Shown piece by piece: positions 39,606 through 49,970 of a DNA stretch of 64,000 nt (the first letter of the stretch is position 1; each line of letters starts with the position of its first letter). Made by a program: the position numbers and the translations under genes. Origin of the DNA: Candidatus Moraniibacteriota bacterium (lineage in GTDB: Bacteria; Patescibacteriota; Minisyncoccia; Moranbacterales; UBA1568); the NCBI GenBank assembly GCA_016699425.1, contig CP064975.1:923957-987956 (forward strand). Direction: 5' to 3'. The notes below the pieces were generated by a model. That model ran no database searches and had not been told where the DNA came from. It saw only the letters and a list, made by a program, of their open reading frames with translations.

Positions 39606-40104
39606 CTCCGCCCGTACTAGGGGTGGGGGTGGTTGTAGCCACCGCTCCCGTCGAGAGGGATGTGGTACTACAGCTCACCGTATCCCAACCGGTACGGATG
39701 AGACCGGTTGTAGTATTGATGATGGGAAGCGTCAAGATGAAGTTGACCGTGACCCAGGCTAAGAGGACGACACCGAGTCCAATCAAAGCCGCGAACATGC
39801 CTCCTTTGGCAAAGGTCATGCGACCTTCATTCCCCCCTGAGGTGAGGTAGATGATGGCCATCGCGACCAAGACGGCGACCGCGACTGCGGCCATGATGTT
39901 TCGGAGGAAGACGACGATGCGACTGATCCCCACCAAGAGATGGCAGAGGGTGCAACGTTCTGTCCCTCCTCCGGGGATATCGGGGTCTGGGGTGGAGAGG
40001 CCGCAGGGAATGAGGCCTGCGTGGAGAGACGTGGTGGGGACGAGGGAGAGGGTCGTGGTAGCGAGAATGAAGAGAGCGAGGAAGATGAGAAGGGAGCGGG
40101 GCAT
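39562..40104 (-). CDS. TrbC/VirB2-like pilin ('CPR pilin' family), possibly the N-terminal part of a longer frame-disrupted gene
   Basis: Signal peptide (MPRSLLIFLALFILATTTLSL), a conserved Cys pair region (PCGLS...CTLCHL) and two TM helices (VAVAVLVAMAIIYL / ALIGLGVVLLAWVTV). This is the layout of T4SS-type pilins common in Patescibacteria. A G/T/S tail runs into the next ORF in a different frame. Confidence 0.65.
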   Translation of the reverse strand: MPRSLLIFLALFILATTTLSLVPTTSLHAGLIPCGLSTPDPDIPGGGTERCTLCHLLVGISRIVVFLRNIMAAVAVAVLVAMAIIYLTSGGNEGRMTFAKGGMFAALIGLGVVLLAWVTVNFILTLPIINTTTGLIRTGWDTVSCSTTSLSTGAVATTTPTPSTGGGGASGTGGGPGRWR

Positions 40105-40278
40105 TTTTTTGAGAGGTGGGTTTTTGGGTAGTGTAGCACTCTTTTGGACATTCGGTCAGGGGGTCATCAAGGTCTCAAGCGGGTCACCATGGGCCTAAGC
40201 TAGCTTTTCCTGGGTAACAAAATCACCCTGGCATGCACCAGGGTGATTTTTGTCGTCAGACTCTCCTCGCAGGAAAAC

Positions 40279-43200
40279 CTAGCGTTTCTCCTGACCTTCG
40301 CGGTAGCCCGTCCCAGCCGGGATGAGTCGTCCGATGATGACGTTCTCCTTCAGGCCACGGAGTCGGTCCTCGCGACCCTGAACAGCTGCATTGATGAGGA
40401 CACGGGCGGTTTCCATGAAGGACGCCGCCGAGAGGAAAGACTCGGTCGAGAGCGCAACCTTCGTGATACCGAGCACCATGACTTCGCCGGTCGCTTTCGT
40501 TCCACCCGTTTTTTCAATCTCTTCGTTGGCTTCGTGGAATTGATCCTTCTCAACGATATCGCCTGGGAGGAGCATCGTGTCGCCCGGATCAGCCACTCGC
40601 ATACGTGAGAGCATCTGACGGATGATGACTTCGATATGCTTGTCATTGATACCTTCACCCTGCGCTGCATAAATCTCTTCGATCTCACGGATGATGTAGC
40701 GATGGACGGCTTCCTCACCCATGACTTCATGAAGCTTCTTCAGATCGACATGTCCTTCAGAGAGGATGGAGCCCTTGCCGATGAGGTCGCCAACTTTCAC
40801 TTTCACCGCAGCATTGGCTGGAGCTGAATACTCGTGTTCGACTTTCGCTTCATCAAGGACGGTAACTTTCACCACTTTCACTTCTTTCTCAATGGATGTC
40901 ACTTGACCATCGACCTCCGAGAGAATCGCTTCAGTCTTTGGTGTCCGAGCCTCAAAGATCTCTTCCACCCGTGGGAGTCCCTGGGTGATGTCGGACCCAG
41001 CCACTCCACCGACGTGGAAGGTACGCATAGTCAGCTGTGTCCCCGGCTCACCAATCGCCTGAGCCGCGACAACACCGACAGAAACACCAAGCTCGACCAA
41101 GGCATTGCGACCCAAATCGATACCGTAGCATTTCTGACAGACACCGCGCCGAGACTTACAGGTGACAAGTGAACGGACTTTGACCTTTGGAATCGCCTTG
41201 TTCGTCTCAATTTCCTTGCCCTTGGCACGAGAGATGAGCTCATTCTTCTTGGCGATAATGTCGCCCGAGGCCGGATCCTTGATCGTCTCAGCGGCGTAAC
41301 GGCCTTCGATACGACTCGCATAGGACATGCCGATCTTGTCGGAATCCTCGCGATAGAGATAGGCACCCGTCGTATCGGCACAGTCGTTCTCACGGACGAT
41401 GATATCCTGAGACACATCGACCAGACGACGGGTGAGATAGCCGGCAGTCGCCGTCCGGAGTGCGGTGTCGGCCATACCCTTACGTGCACCGTGGGTCGAG
41501 ATGAAGTACTCCAACACATTGAAACCATCCTTGAAGTTCGACTTCACTGGAAGCTCGATGGTTTCCCCAGTTGGGCCAGCCATGAGCCCCTTCATACCGG
41601 TCATCTGCACGACAACGGATTCCGAACCGCGCGCCTTGGAATAGACCATGGCATAGACTGGGCCTTCCTTGTCGAGCGTCGCGCGAACGGCGTCCGTGAT
41701 CTGATTCTTCGTCTCATTCCAAACTTCGATGACTCGACCCTTACGTTCTTCATTGGTGAGGAGCCCCATATTGAACTGATCCTTCACCAGTTTCACTTTT
41801 TCTTCAGCCAGACGGATCAGCTCATTCTTTTCTTTCGGCACCTTCAGATCATCCATGCCCCAGCTAAACCCTGACTTCGAAACCGACTTGAAGGCGAGAT
41901 CCTTCAAACGGTCAGCGAAGAGCGCTGCCTCATCCTGACCGAGCGTCTCGAGAATCCGCGAGATGAGCACTTTCAGGTCTTTCTTCGTCATTTCTTCGTT
42001 CACGAAGCGGAGTTCGGGTGGCAAGATATCATTCAGGAGAATCCGACCGACCGATGTCTCGATGATCGCGCCCGCCCAAGAGAGACGGACCAGGGCATTG
42101 ATCGCGATCGCCCCAGTGTCATAGGCAAGGATGGCTTCATCCATCGTCCCAAACGCTTTCCCTTCACCCTTGGCCGACACTTTGGTATGCGTCAGGTAAT
42201 AGGCACCGAGCACCATATCGAGAGTGGCCGACACGATCGGTTCACCAGAGGCTGGTTTCAAGAGGTTCTTGGAAGAAAGCATGATCGTCGCACACTCACC
42301 GCGCGCTTCGGCGGTCAGCGGCACATGGACCGCCATCTGATCACCATCGAAGTCAGCATTGAAGGCAGAGCACACCATCGGGTGAAGACGAATCGCCTTC
42401 CCTTCGATGAGGACCGGCTGGAACGCCTGGATCGAGAGACGATGGAGCGTCGGGGCGCGGTTCAGGAGCACATAGTGCTGCGGGATGATTTCGTCGAGGA
42501 TTTCATAGGCTTCTTCGCTCTCGGCATCCACCATCCGACCCGCGGTGCGGACATTGTGAGCATGTTCCTTCTCGATGAGTTTGTTGATGATGAACGGCTT
42601 GAAGAGTTCGAGCGCCATCTTCTTCGGGAGACCACACTGGTAGAGTTTGAGTTTCGGTCCGACGACGATGACCGAGCGGCCAGAGTAGTCAACCCGCTTA
42701 CCCAACAGGTTCTGACGAAAACGTCCCTGCTTACCCTTGAGGGCATCAGCGAGCGAGCGGAGTGGTCGGCGCTGGCCGGTCGATGCAGCAGTCGAAGCCT
42801 GTCCACGACGGGCCGAGTTGTCGAAGAGCGCATCGACAGCTTCCTGGAGCATGCGCTTCTCATTGCGCGTGATGACTTCCGGCGCACCGATCGCCAAGAG
42901 CTTCTTCAGCCGATTGTTGCGATTGATGATGCGACGGTACAGGTCATTCAGGTCAGATGTCGCGAACCGGCCGCCATCGAGCGCGACCATCGGACGGAGA
43001 TCTGGCGGGATAACCGGAATCGCGGTTGGCAACATCCACTCCAGACGCAGGTTGGCCTTCTGGAAGCCTTGGTAGACTTTCAATCGCTGGAGAAGTTTCT
43101 TCTGATCGACGGACTCATCCTCAGAAAGTTCTTTCTTCAGGATGTCCACCATGTCCGGGATATCCATCTTCTCGAGAATCTTGCGGATGGCCTCGGCACC

Positions 43201-43866
43201 AATACCGGCGGTGAAGACCTGACCGAAGCGACTCGAGAGATTGAAGTACTCCACTTCCGACAAGATCTGATTTGGACGCAAGTTCTTGATATCGTCCTTC
43301 GTGGTCCGATACTGCTCCTTCAGGTCTTCAAGTGCTTTCTCAAGTTTCGTTTCGTCTTTCTCGGCGGCCCGGATCTCTTTGGTCTTGGCCTTGTACTCCT
43401 TCTCGAGTGCTTCAAGCGTCTGCTCTTTCAGGGCTTCCTTCACCTCCATGATGATGTACGAGGAGAAATAGATGACGCGTTCCAAATCCTGCGGCGAGAT
43501 CCCGAGAGCGAGGCCGATCTTGGACGGCACACCACGGAGGAACCAGATGTGAGAAACCGGAGTCGCCAGTTTGATGTGGCCCATGCGTTCACGGCGAACG
43601 ATGGCGCGTGTCACTTCGACGCCGCACTTGTCGCAGACGATTCCCTGGTAGCGGATCCGCTTGTACTTGCCGCAGTAGCACTCCCAGTCTTTCGACGGGC
43701 CGAAGATCTTTTCACAGAAAAGTCCATCCGGTTCATACCGCTGGGTTCGATAGTTGATGGTCTCAGGCTTGGTGATTTCGCCTTTGGACCATTCGAGGAT
43801 GTCAGCGGGCGAGGCGAGCGTCAGTTTGACTGAGTCGAAATCGCTAACTTTGGTGATGTTTTCCAT
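40279..43866 (-). CDS. rpoC: DNA-directed RNA polymerase subunit beta'
   Basis: 1195 aa. Zn-finger CxxC...CxxC near the N-terminus, the NADFDGD catalytic motif, and the trigger loop. Confidence 0.97.
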   Translation of the reverse strand: MENITKVSDFDSVKLTLASPADILEWSKGEITKPETINYRTQRYEPDGLFCEKIFGPSKDWECYCGKYKRIRYQGIVCDKCGVEVTRAIVRRERMGHIKLATPVSHIWFLRGVPSKIGLALGISPQDLERVIYFSSYIIMEVKEALKEQTLEALEKEYKAKTKEIRAAEKDETKLEKALEDLKEQYRTTKDDIKNLRPNQILSEVEYFNLSSRFGQVFTAGIGAEAIRKILEKMDIPDMVDILKKELSEDESVDQKKLLQRLKVYQGFQKANLRLEWMLPTAIPVIPPDLRPMVALDGGRFATSDLNDLYRRIINRNNRLKKLLAIGAPEVITRNEKRMLQEAVDALFDNSARRGQASTAASTGQRRPLRSLADALKGKQGRFRQNLLGKRVDYSGRSVIVVGPKLKLYQCGLPKKMALELFKPFIINKLIEKEHAHNVRTAGRMVDAESEEAYEILDEIIPQHYVLLNRAPTLHRLSIQAFQPVLIEGKAIRLHPMVCSAFNADFDGDQMAVHVPLTAEARGECATIMLSSKNLLKPASGEPIVSATLDMVLGAYYLTHTKVSAKGEGKAFGTMDEAILAYDTGAIAINALVRLSWAGAIIETSVGRILLNDILPPELRFVNEEMTKKDLKVLISRILETLGQDEAALFADRLKDLAFKSVSKSGFSWGMDDLKVPKEKNELIRLAEEKVKLVKDQFNMGLLTNEERKGRVIEVWNETKNQITDAVRATLDKEGPVYAMVYSKARGSESVVVQMTGMKGLMAGPTGETIELPVKSNFKDGFNVLEYFISTHGARKGMADTALRTATAGYLTRRLVDVSQDIIVRENDCADTTGAYLYREDSDKIGMSYASRIEGRYAAETIKDPASGDIIAKKNELISRAKGKEIETNKAIPKVKVRSLVTCKSRRGVCQKCYGIDLGRNALVELGVSVGVVAAQAIGEPGTQLTMRTFHVGGVAGSDITQGLPRVEEIFEARTPKTEAILSEVDGQVTSIEKEVKVVKVTVLDEAKVEHEYSAPANAAVKVKVGDLIGKGSILSEGHVDLKKLHEVMGEEAVHRYIIREIEEIYAAQGEGINDKHIEVIIRQMLSRMRVADPGDTMLLPGDIVEKDQFHEANEEIEKTGGTKATGEVMVLGITKVALSTESFLSAASFMETARVLINAAVQGREDRLRGLKENVIIGRLIPAGTGYREGQEKR

Positions 43867-43970
43867 ATGATGATAACTGACAACTTACGACTGACTACCT
43901 ACAACAATTTGATTCTGAGAAGTATTTGTTGAGAGCAGTGGTTGGTTGTGGGTTGTTCGTTGTTAGTTAA

Positions 43971-46900
43971 TTATACGGTTTCAATATCATCCTCCCCGTC
44001 GATCGAGATTGTCTTTGCCCCCTTCAATTCGACATTGAGGCAGAGACCCTTGAGTTCGTTCACCAACACATGGAAGGAAGCCGGGATATTCGGACTCTTG
44101 ATCGCCTCTCCCTTGATGATGGACTCATAGGCTTTCGAACGGCCGAGCACATCATCACTCTTGATCGTAAGCATTTCCTGGAGGGTATGCGCCGCGCCGT
44201 AACCTTCGAGCGCCCATACTTCCATTTCACCGAAGCGCTGCCCACCGAACTGCGCCTTGCCACCGAGTGGCTGCTGCGTGATGAGCGAGTAGGGTCCGAT
44301 GGAGCGCATGTGGATCTTGTCGTCGACCAAATGGTTGAGCTTCATGATGTACATGACACCGACAGTCGACTCATTGTCATACGAATCCCCTGTCTTGCCA
44401 TTTACGAGGCGGATCTTACCTGATTCCGGCAGGCCCGCTTCTTTCAGTTGTGCCTTGATGTCGGTCTCCGAGACACCGTCGAGCGATGAGCTGGCAACCT
44501 TATAACCGAGGGTCGAAGCCGCCCAGCCGAGATGCGTCTCGAGGATCTGACCGATGTTCATACGCGAGGCGACACCGAGCGCGTTCAGGATAACGTCGAC
44601 GGGCGTACCATCCGGGAGGTACGGCATGTCCTCGACAGGAGCGACATGCGAGATGACGCCCTTGTTACCGTGACGACCGGCGAGTTTGTCGCCGACTTGG
44701 ATCTTCCGAAGCTGTGCGACGGAAATTTGGATTTGTTCGAAGACACCCATCGGGAGCTTGTCGCCCTTGTCACGGGAGAAAATCTTTACATCGACGACCT
44801 TGCCGTGCTCACCGTGCGGGAGGTAGAGGGACGAGTCCTTCACATCACGCGATTTCTCGCCGAAGATGACGCGCAGGAGTCGCTCTTCCGCGGTCAGATC
44901 ACCTTCACCTTTCGGGGTAATCTTGCCGCAGAGGATATCGCCGGACGACACTTCCGCTCCGATGCGGATGATGCCGTTCTCGTCCAAGTTCTTCAGGCGG
45001 TCTTCGCCGATGTTCGGGATGTCGCGAGTCACGACTTCCGGTCCAAGCTTCGTGTCACGCACGTCGATAGAGAAGTCTTCGATATGGATGGAACTCCAAC
45101 GGTCACGCTGGACGACGCGTTCGGAAATGATGATCGCATCTTCGTAGTTGTAACCCTCCCATGGGATGAATGCGACGAGCATGTTCTGGCCGAGGGCGAG
45201 TTCACCCTGCTCGGTCGAAGCGCCGTCCGCGAGGAGATCGCCTTCCTCGACTTTCTGGCCCTTGGTTACCCGGGGCACCTGGTTCATGGAAGTGAAGGCG
45301 TTTGATTTTTCGAAGCTCTGAAGCGGGTACTCACGATCGAGGTGTTCCTTCTTGGAGCCGACTGGGGCCTTGGAGCGGACTGTGATGTGATCCGCATCGA
45401 CAGCCACGACTTCGCCGCCATCGAGGGCGAGGACGACCTGACCCGAGTCACGAGCTGCCTTGTCTTCGATCCCCGTACCGATCACCGGCGACTCTGGGAC
45501 GACACACGAGACAGCCTGGCGCTGCATGTTCGAACCCATGAGCGCCCGGTTGGCATCATCGTGTTCGAGGAACGGGATGAGTGCCGTCGCGATCGAGATA
45601 CACTGCTTCACCGAGACATCGATATAGTCGACGGCTTCGGCCTCGATTGTTTCGGGGTGACCCTTCACGCGGGCTTCGACCTGCATTCCAGTAATATTTC
45701 GGTAGTCGTCGAGAGAAATCCCGGCATGCGCGATAATTTTGCGGTCTTCAACGATCGCATTCAAGTATTCGATTTCGAGCGAGACGAACGGCATCACGTC
45801 GACTGTTTTGCCTTTTTTCTTGGCCGCGACTTTTTCGGCGATTTCTTCGGTCAAGAGCTCGCCCTTCTTGGCCACACCCTCAACAGTCTCGCGGAGGATA
45901 CGGTGCACGAGCTCCTCTTTCTTTGCCGCGACTTCATGCTTCACGATGAGGTACGGCGTCTCGAGGAAACCGTATTCATTCACCCGAGCATAGGTCGCCA
46001 AGTGACCGACGAGCCCGATGTTCGGACCTTCCGGTGTCTCGATCGGACAGATCCGACCGTAGTGGCTGTGATGGACATCGCGCACTTCGAAGCCGGCGCG
46101 CTCGCGAGTGAGACCGCCGGGCCCCATGGCAGACAGACGGCGCTTGTGTTCGAGCTCGGCGAGCGGGTTGACCTGGTCCATGAACTGCGACAATTGCGAG
46201 CTGGAGAAAAATTCCTTCACGGCCGCCGCGACTGGACGCGGATTGATGAGTTGTCCCGGGACGACGGTCTCGACATCACAGGTGCTCATGCGATCCTTGA
46301 TGTTACGCACCATGCGGTAGAGTCCGACACGCAGCTTGTTCTGAATGAGTTCGCCCACGGCGCGGACGCGACGGTTGCCGAGGTGGTCGATATCGTCGGC
46401 CTTGCCTTCCGGATCATTGTTGAGGCGGATGACCTCGCGAATGATGAGGATGAGATCGTCGAGATTCAGGACACGATTCTCTTCCTTGTCGGGACGATCG
46501 ACTTCCAGGCGCTGATTCAAGCGATAGCGGCCAACCGCACCAAAGTCATAGCGCTCGTAATTGAAGAACATGCCATCGATCATCTGCTTGGCGTTTTCCT
46601 CGGTGGCGAGGTCCCCCGGGCGGAGACGTTTGTAGACCTCGCGATAGGCTTCGCCCTGGTTAGCCGCGCCGTCCTTGGCCAGAGTCGTCTCGATATAATG
46701 AATGTCTCCCTTGTCGATATCGGTAAAGGCCTTACGGATGTCCTTTTCGGTCAGGCCAAATGCCTTGAGGAGTGCGGTCACAGCGAGCTTACGCTTGCGA
46801 TCAATTTTCACAGACAAGACGCCATCGAGGTCAGTCTCAATCTCGAGCCAAGCCCCACGATTCGGGATGATTTTCGCACCGAAGAGCTTCTTGCCCTTCT

Positions 46901-47375
46901 GGTACTCCATGGTGAAAAACACGCCTGGGGAGCGGATAAGCTGGGAGACGACGACACGCTCCACACCATTGATGATGAAAGTACCGCGCTCAGTCATGAG
47001 CGGGACTTCGCCGAGATAGATCTCTTGCTCTTTCACTTCGCCTGTCTTCTTCATGAGCAAAGTCGCCTTTGCGCGAAGCGGCGCCTCATAGGAGATATTC
47101 TTGTCTTTCGCCACGCTCGCAATATATTTCGGCTCATCGAGGTAGTACCCATTGAGAGAGAGCTCCAGGTCCTTGCCGGTAAAGTCCGTCACCGGGTTAA
47201 TCTCATCGAGGAGCTCTTGGAGGCCTTTCTTCCAGAACCAGTCGTACGAAGCCGTCTGCACTTCGATGAGGTCCGGTAGGGACACGGTGATGCGGTTCTT
47301 GAAGAATCGACGCTTCTTCAATGAGGAACCGGTGCTGATAGCGTCCTTGACACGCAGCGCTTTGCCCTTGGTCAT
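43971..47375 (-). CDS. rpoB: DNA-directed RNA polymerase subunit beta
   Basis: 1134 aa. Rif-cluster-like region and canonical beta-subunit motifs. Lies immediately upstream of rpoC. Confidence 0.97.
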   Translation of the reverse strand: MTKGKALRVKDAISTGSSLKKRRFFKNRITVSLPDLIEVQTASYDWFWKKGLQELLDEINPVTDFTGKDLELSLNGYYLDEPKYIASVAKDKNISYEAPLRAKATLLMKKTGEVKEQEIYLGEVPLMTERGTFIINGVERVVVSQLIRSPGVFFTMEYQKGKKLFGAKIIPNRGAWLEIETDLDGVLSVKIDRKRKLAVTALLKAFGLTEKDIRKAFTDIDKGDIHYIETTLAKDGAANQGEAYREVYKRLRPGDLATEENAKQMIDGMFFNYERYDFGAVGRYRLNQRLEVDRPDKEENRVLNLDDLILIIREVIRLNNDPEGKADDIDHLGNRRVRAVGELIQNKLRVGLYRMVRNIKDRMSTCDVETVVPGQLINPRPVAAAVKEFFSSSQLSQFMDQVNPLAELEHKRRLSAMGPGGLTRERAGFEVRDVHHSHYGRICPIETPEGPNIGLVGHLATYARVNEYGFLETPYLIVKHEVAAKKEELVHRILRETVEGVAKKGELLTEEIAEKVAAKKKGKTVDVMPFVSLEIEYLNAIVEDRKIIAHAGISLDDYRNITGMQVEARVKGHPETIEAEAVDYIDVSVKQCISIATALIPFLEHDDANRALMGSNMQRQAVSCVVPESPVIGTGIEDKAARDSGQVVLALDGGEVVAVDADHITVRSKAPVGSKKEHLDREYPLQSFEKSNAFTSMNQVPRVTKGQKVEEGDLLADGASTEQGELALGQNMLVAFIPWEGYNYEDAIIISERVVQRDRWSSIHIEDFSIDVRDTKLGPEVVTRDIPNIGEDRLKNLDENGIIRIGAEVSSGDILCGKITPKGEGDLTAEERLLRVIFGEKSRDVKDSSLYLPHGEHGKVVDVKIFSRDKGDKLPMGVFEQIQISVAQLRKIQVGDKLAGRHGNKGVISHVAPVEDMPYLPDGTPVDVILNALGVASRMNIGQILETHLGWAASTLGYKVASSSLDGVSETDIKAQLKEAGLPESGKIRLVNGKTGDSYDNESTVGVMYIMKLNHLVDDKIHMRSIGPYSLITQQPLGGKAQFGGQRFGEMEVWALEGYGAAHTLQEMLTIKSDDVLGRSKAYESIIKGEAIKSPNIPASFHVLVNELKGLCLNVELKGAKTISIDGEDDIETV

Positions 47376-47681
47376 AGAAAAACACTCACGCCGCTCCGTC
47401 TTATCAGGCGAGATGATAAGCCGGGGGTATGAGGATTACGTTATTTACTTGTCCCAACGATGGTCGAATTGTTCGAGCACTCGACTGTATGCATCACCCG
47501 TGCCTTAGCGAGTAAGCCTATCGAGAAACCACTTCCCTCTTGAAAACAGCTTTTCGACAGACCTCGTTCCAGAAATCGAAAACTTTCTCTAAAGTACTTG
47601 TGAGTGTAGCAAGAGCTAAAAATCCTGTCAAATAGGACAGAAAAACCCCTGGCTCTGGTTGAGTCCTGGGTCGGTTTTCAG

Positions 47682-48002
47682 CTACTTTTTGTCTGTTTTT
47701 CCTTCACTCAGCGTCACAGTGTCGCGAAGTTTCCCTTCGCTCACTGCCCAAGTATACACTCCTGCCACCGTCTCAGCAATTTTCACCGAGGTGAAGTTGT
47801 CAGAAACGGTTGTTTCAAGCCGAAAATCGCTCACATCCCCAGGATGCAGGTTGTTTCCCGAGAGCAGCGCCTCGATCCCCTCAAACAGCTGCCGCCCCAA
47901 GTCCCGGCTCTCGGCCCAGCTTTTTTCCGCGACAACCTCCCCATCCTTCATAAGAACGAGCCGGGCATCAGTCTTGGTGAGAGTGAGAAGGAAAGAGTTC
48001 AT
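47682..48002 (-). CDS. Truncated TsaB/YeaZ-like (inactive Kae1 paralogue) N-terminal domain protein
   Basis: 106 aa. Pattern LLTLTKTDARLVLMKDGEVV...SDNFTSVKIAETVAGV resembles the N-terminal half of TsaB (GPGSFTGxRIG region). Confidence 0.45.
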   Translation of the reverse strand: MNSFLLTLTKTDARLVLMKDGEVVAEKSWAESRDLGRQLFEGIEALLSGNNLHPGDVSDFRLETTVSDNFTSVKIAETVAGVYTWAVSEGKLRDTVTLSEGKTDKK

Positions 48003-48251
48003 AGTATATAAAAAAGTATTGGCCCTGTGTCAGTTGTACTGTATCACGGAGCCAGGGTGAATCAAGCTGTGGCACGCTTAGACTTATAAGCACACCGATT
48101 GACCTTTCGGCTTTGTCATTAAACTTATGCTTTCTGTTAAATTTTTCGCTTTCTTACTGCTACAATGGGCCTGGATGCGTTCACCGTCAATATGTTAAGA
48201 ATATTGCAACAACAATCCGAGGGGGGGAACATCATCAAACAAGACTGATTT

Positions 48252-49970
48252 ATGAAGTTGCACAGCTTTGTAAAGAATTTTTCCTATCAACAATTTACTT
48301 ACCTGTTGGTAGGGCTCACTGTTCTTGTTTACCTAAACGGATTATTCGGCGAATTTCTTTCAGACGATCGGAAGCAAATCCTCGATAATCCGATCGTGCA
48401 TTCCTTTTCAAACTTCTTTACTTTTTTCCAAGGAAGTACCTTTGATGCTGGCGACGGGACTTTGGTCGGGCTGTTCTATCGTCCCTTGCAGACCATCTAC
48501 TTTTCTCTTCTTTGGAGCATTTTTGGAGCCCAGCCCGTCTTTTTCCATTTTTTTCAGCTCATCATTCATATCATCAATGGTCTTCTTGTTTTTTTTATTT
48601 TTAAGCACTGCTTTAGTAAAGTACTCGCTTTTTCCCTCAGCCTCATATTCATGATTCATCCAATGAATGTAGAGGCTGTTGCATACATATCGTCTTCAGG
48701 GGTCATACTGTCCCTTCTATTCGGCCTACTTGCATTCAGGATTGTTATCAGAAACAATATCAGGCCAAGGGATTACGCCCTACTTTCGAGTTTCTTGTTA
48801 CTCTCAGTCTTATCTCATGAAATTGGCTCCCTATTCATCCCCATTATCCTGTCATTTAAATTCTTATACGATAAGAAAAACGTATTCTCATGCGCTGGTA
48901 GTTTAGTATTTGTGGTGATTGTCTACGCCATCCTACGGTTTGGTGTTGGGCATGTCTATTTTCCTGAGGTTCATCAGTCGCCCATCATGACAATGTCTTT
49001 GATTGAAAGACTCCTGCACATTCCGAAAATTCTCATAACCTACCTCGGCACCTTCTTATTCCCGCTTCACCTGAGTTTTTCACAAGTCTGGACGATTCCA
49101 GAGATTGGATTCAGCAATTTTTACATACCATTGATGATTTTGCTCATTTTACTGGCTGGAAGCATTATCTTTACGCACCATCTCTACAAATCAAAAAGTG
49201 GCGAGTTTATCCTCTTCATATTTTTTGCGACTTGGTTACTCATAGGACTAATTCTTTTTATCCAAATAATTCCCGCTGAGCAAACCGTATCAGAGAGATG
49301 GTTCTATTTCCCGATGATAGGATTTCTCGGATTATTGGGGGTACTAGCGCAATACTTTATCGAAAAAAGGAATGGGGGTGTCATCAATTACCTGGCAATC
49401 ACCGTCTCTATCATTATTGTTCTCCTATCAGTCAGGACTATCGTGAGAAATAATGATTGGAGTGATGAGTTCACTTTAGCCAAACATGATATAAAGCACG
49501 ATCCAAATAACTATATACTTGCCAATGCGGTGGGCGCAGAATATCTCAGACGTGGCGACGCAAATAACGCAATCGGCTTCTTAGAGAAGTCTTCATCCCA
49601 CTTTACCGACGCCCAGACACTTAGCAATCTCGGTGCTGCGTACCTCATGCTGGGGAATTATTCAGAATCAAAAGAAGCATTGCAGAAATCCATAGAGATA
49701 AATGAGCTCAGCGACACTGTTACAAATATGGCATGGTTACTGGCAACGAGGGGTGATCCTGTAGAAGCGGAGGCTTTCATACGAAACAAACTCGACAAAT
49801 ATCCGCAGCTTTGGAAGCTTTGGATGGATTTGGCAATAGCAGAATATAAACTAAGTAAAAGAGATGAGGCATTACAGGCAGCTAAGCAAGCCTATTCATT
49901 GGCTCAAAACGGAGAAACGGCCTACCTCTATAACCAGATCAGTAAAAATCTCCCCTTGAAAATAGATTAG
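48252..49970 (+). CDS. GT39/PMT_2-like polytopic membrane glycosyltransferase with C-terminal TPR repeats
   Basis: 572 aa. About 11 TM helices in the N-terminal two thirds, then TPR-like helical repeats (...LGAAYLMLGNYSESKEALQKSIE...). The gene is markedly AT-rich (about 40% GC) compared with its surroundings. Confidence 0.7.
   Translation: MKLHSFVKNFSYQQFTYLLVGLTVLVYLNGLFGEFLSDDRKQILDNPIVHSFSNFFTFFQGSTFDAGDGTLVGLFYRPLQTIYFSLLWSIFGAQPVFFHFFQLIIHIINGLLVFFIFKHCFSKVLAFSLSLIFMIHPMNVEAVAYISSSGVILSLLFGLLAFRIVIRNNIRPRDYALLSSFLLLSVLSHEIGSLFIPIILSFKFLYDKKNVFSCAGSLVFVVIVYAILRFGVGHVYFPEVHQSPIMTMSLIERLLHIPKILITYLGTFLFPLHLSFSQVWTIPEIGFSNFYIPLMILLILLAGSIIFTHHLYKSKSGEFILFIFFATWLLIGLILFIQIIPAEQTVSERWFYFPMIGFLGLLGVLAQYFIEKRNGGVINYLAITVSIIIVLLSVRTIVRNNDWSDEFTLAKHDIKHDPNNYILANAVGAEYLRRGDANNAIGFLEKSSSHFTDAQTLSNLGAAYLMLGNYSESKEALQKSIEINELSDTVTNMAWLLATRGDPVEAEAFIRNKLDKYPQLWKLWMDLAIAEYKLSKRDEALQAAKQAYSLAQNGETAYLYNQISKNLPLKID

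Noticed and set aside
42187-43833. 548-aa + strand ORF
   Set aside because: Antisense to rpoC. Same spurious GC-frame character.
45342-47279. 645-aa + strand ORF
   Set aside because: Lies entirely antisense to rpoB. Arg/Asp/His-rich low-complexity translation typical of GC-rich antisense frames. No start context.
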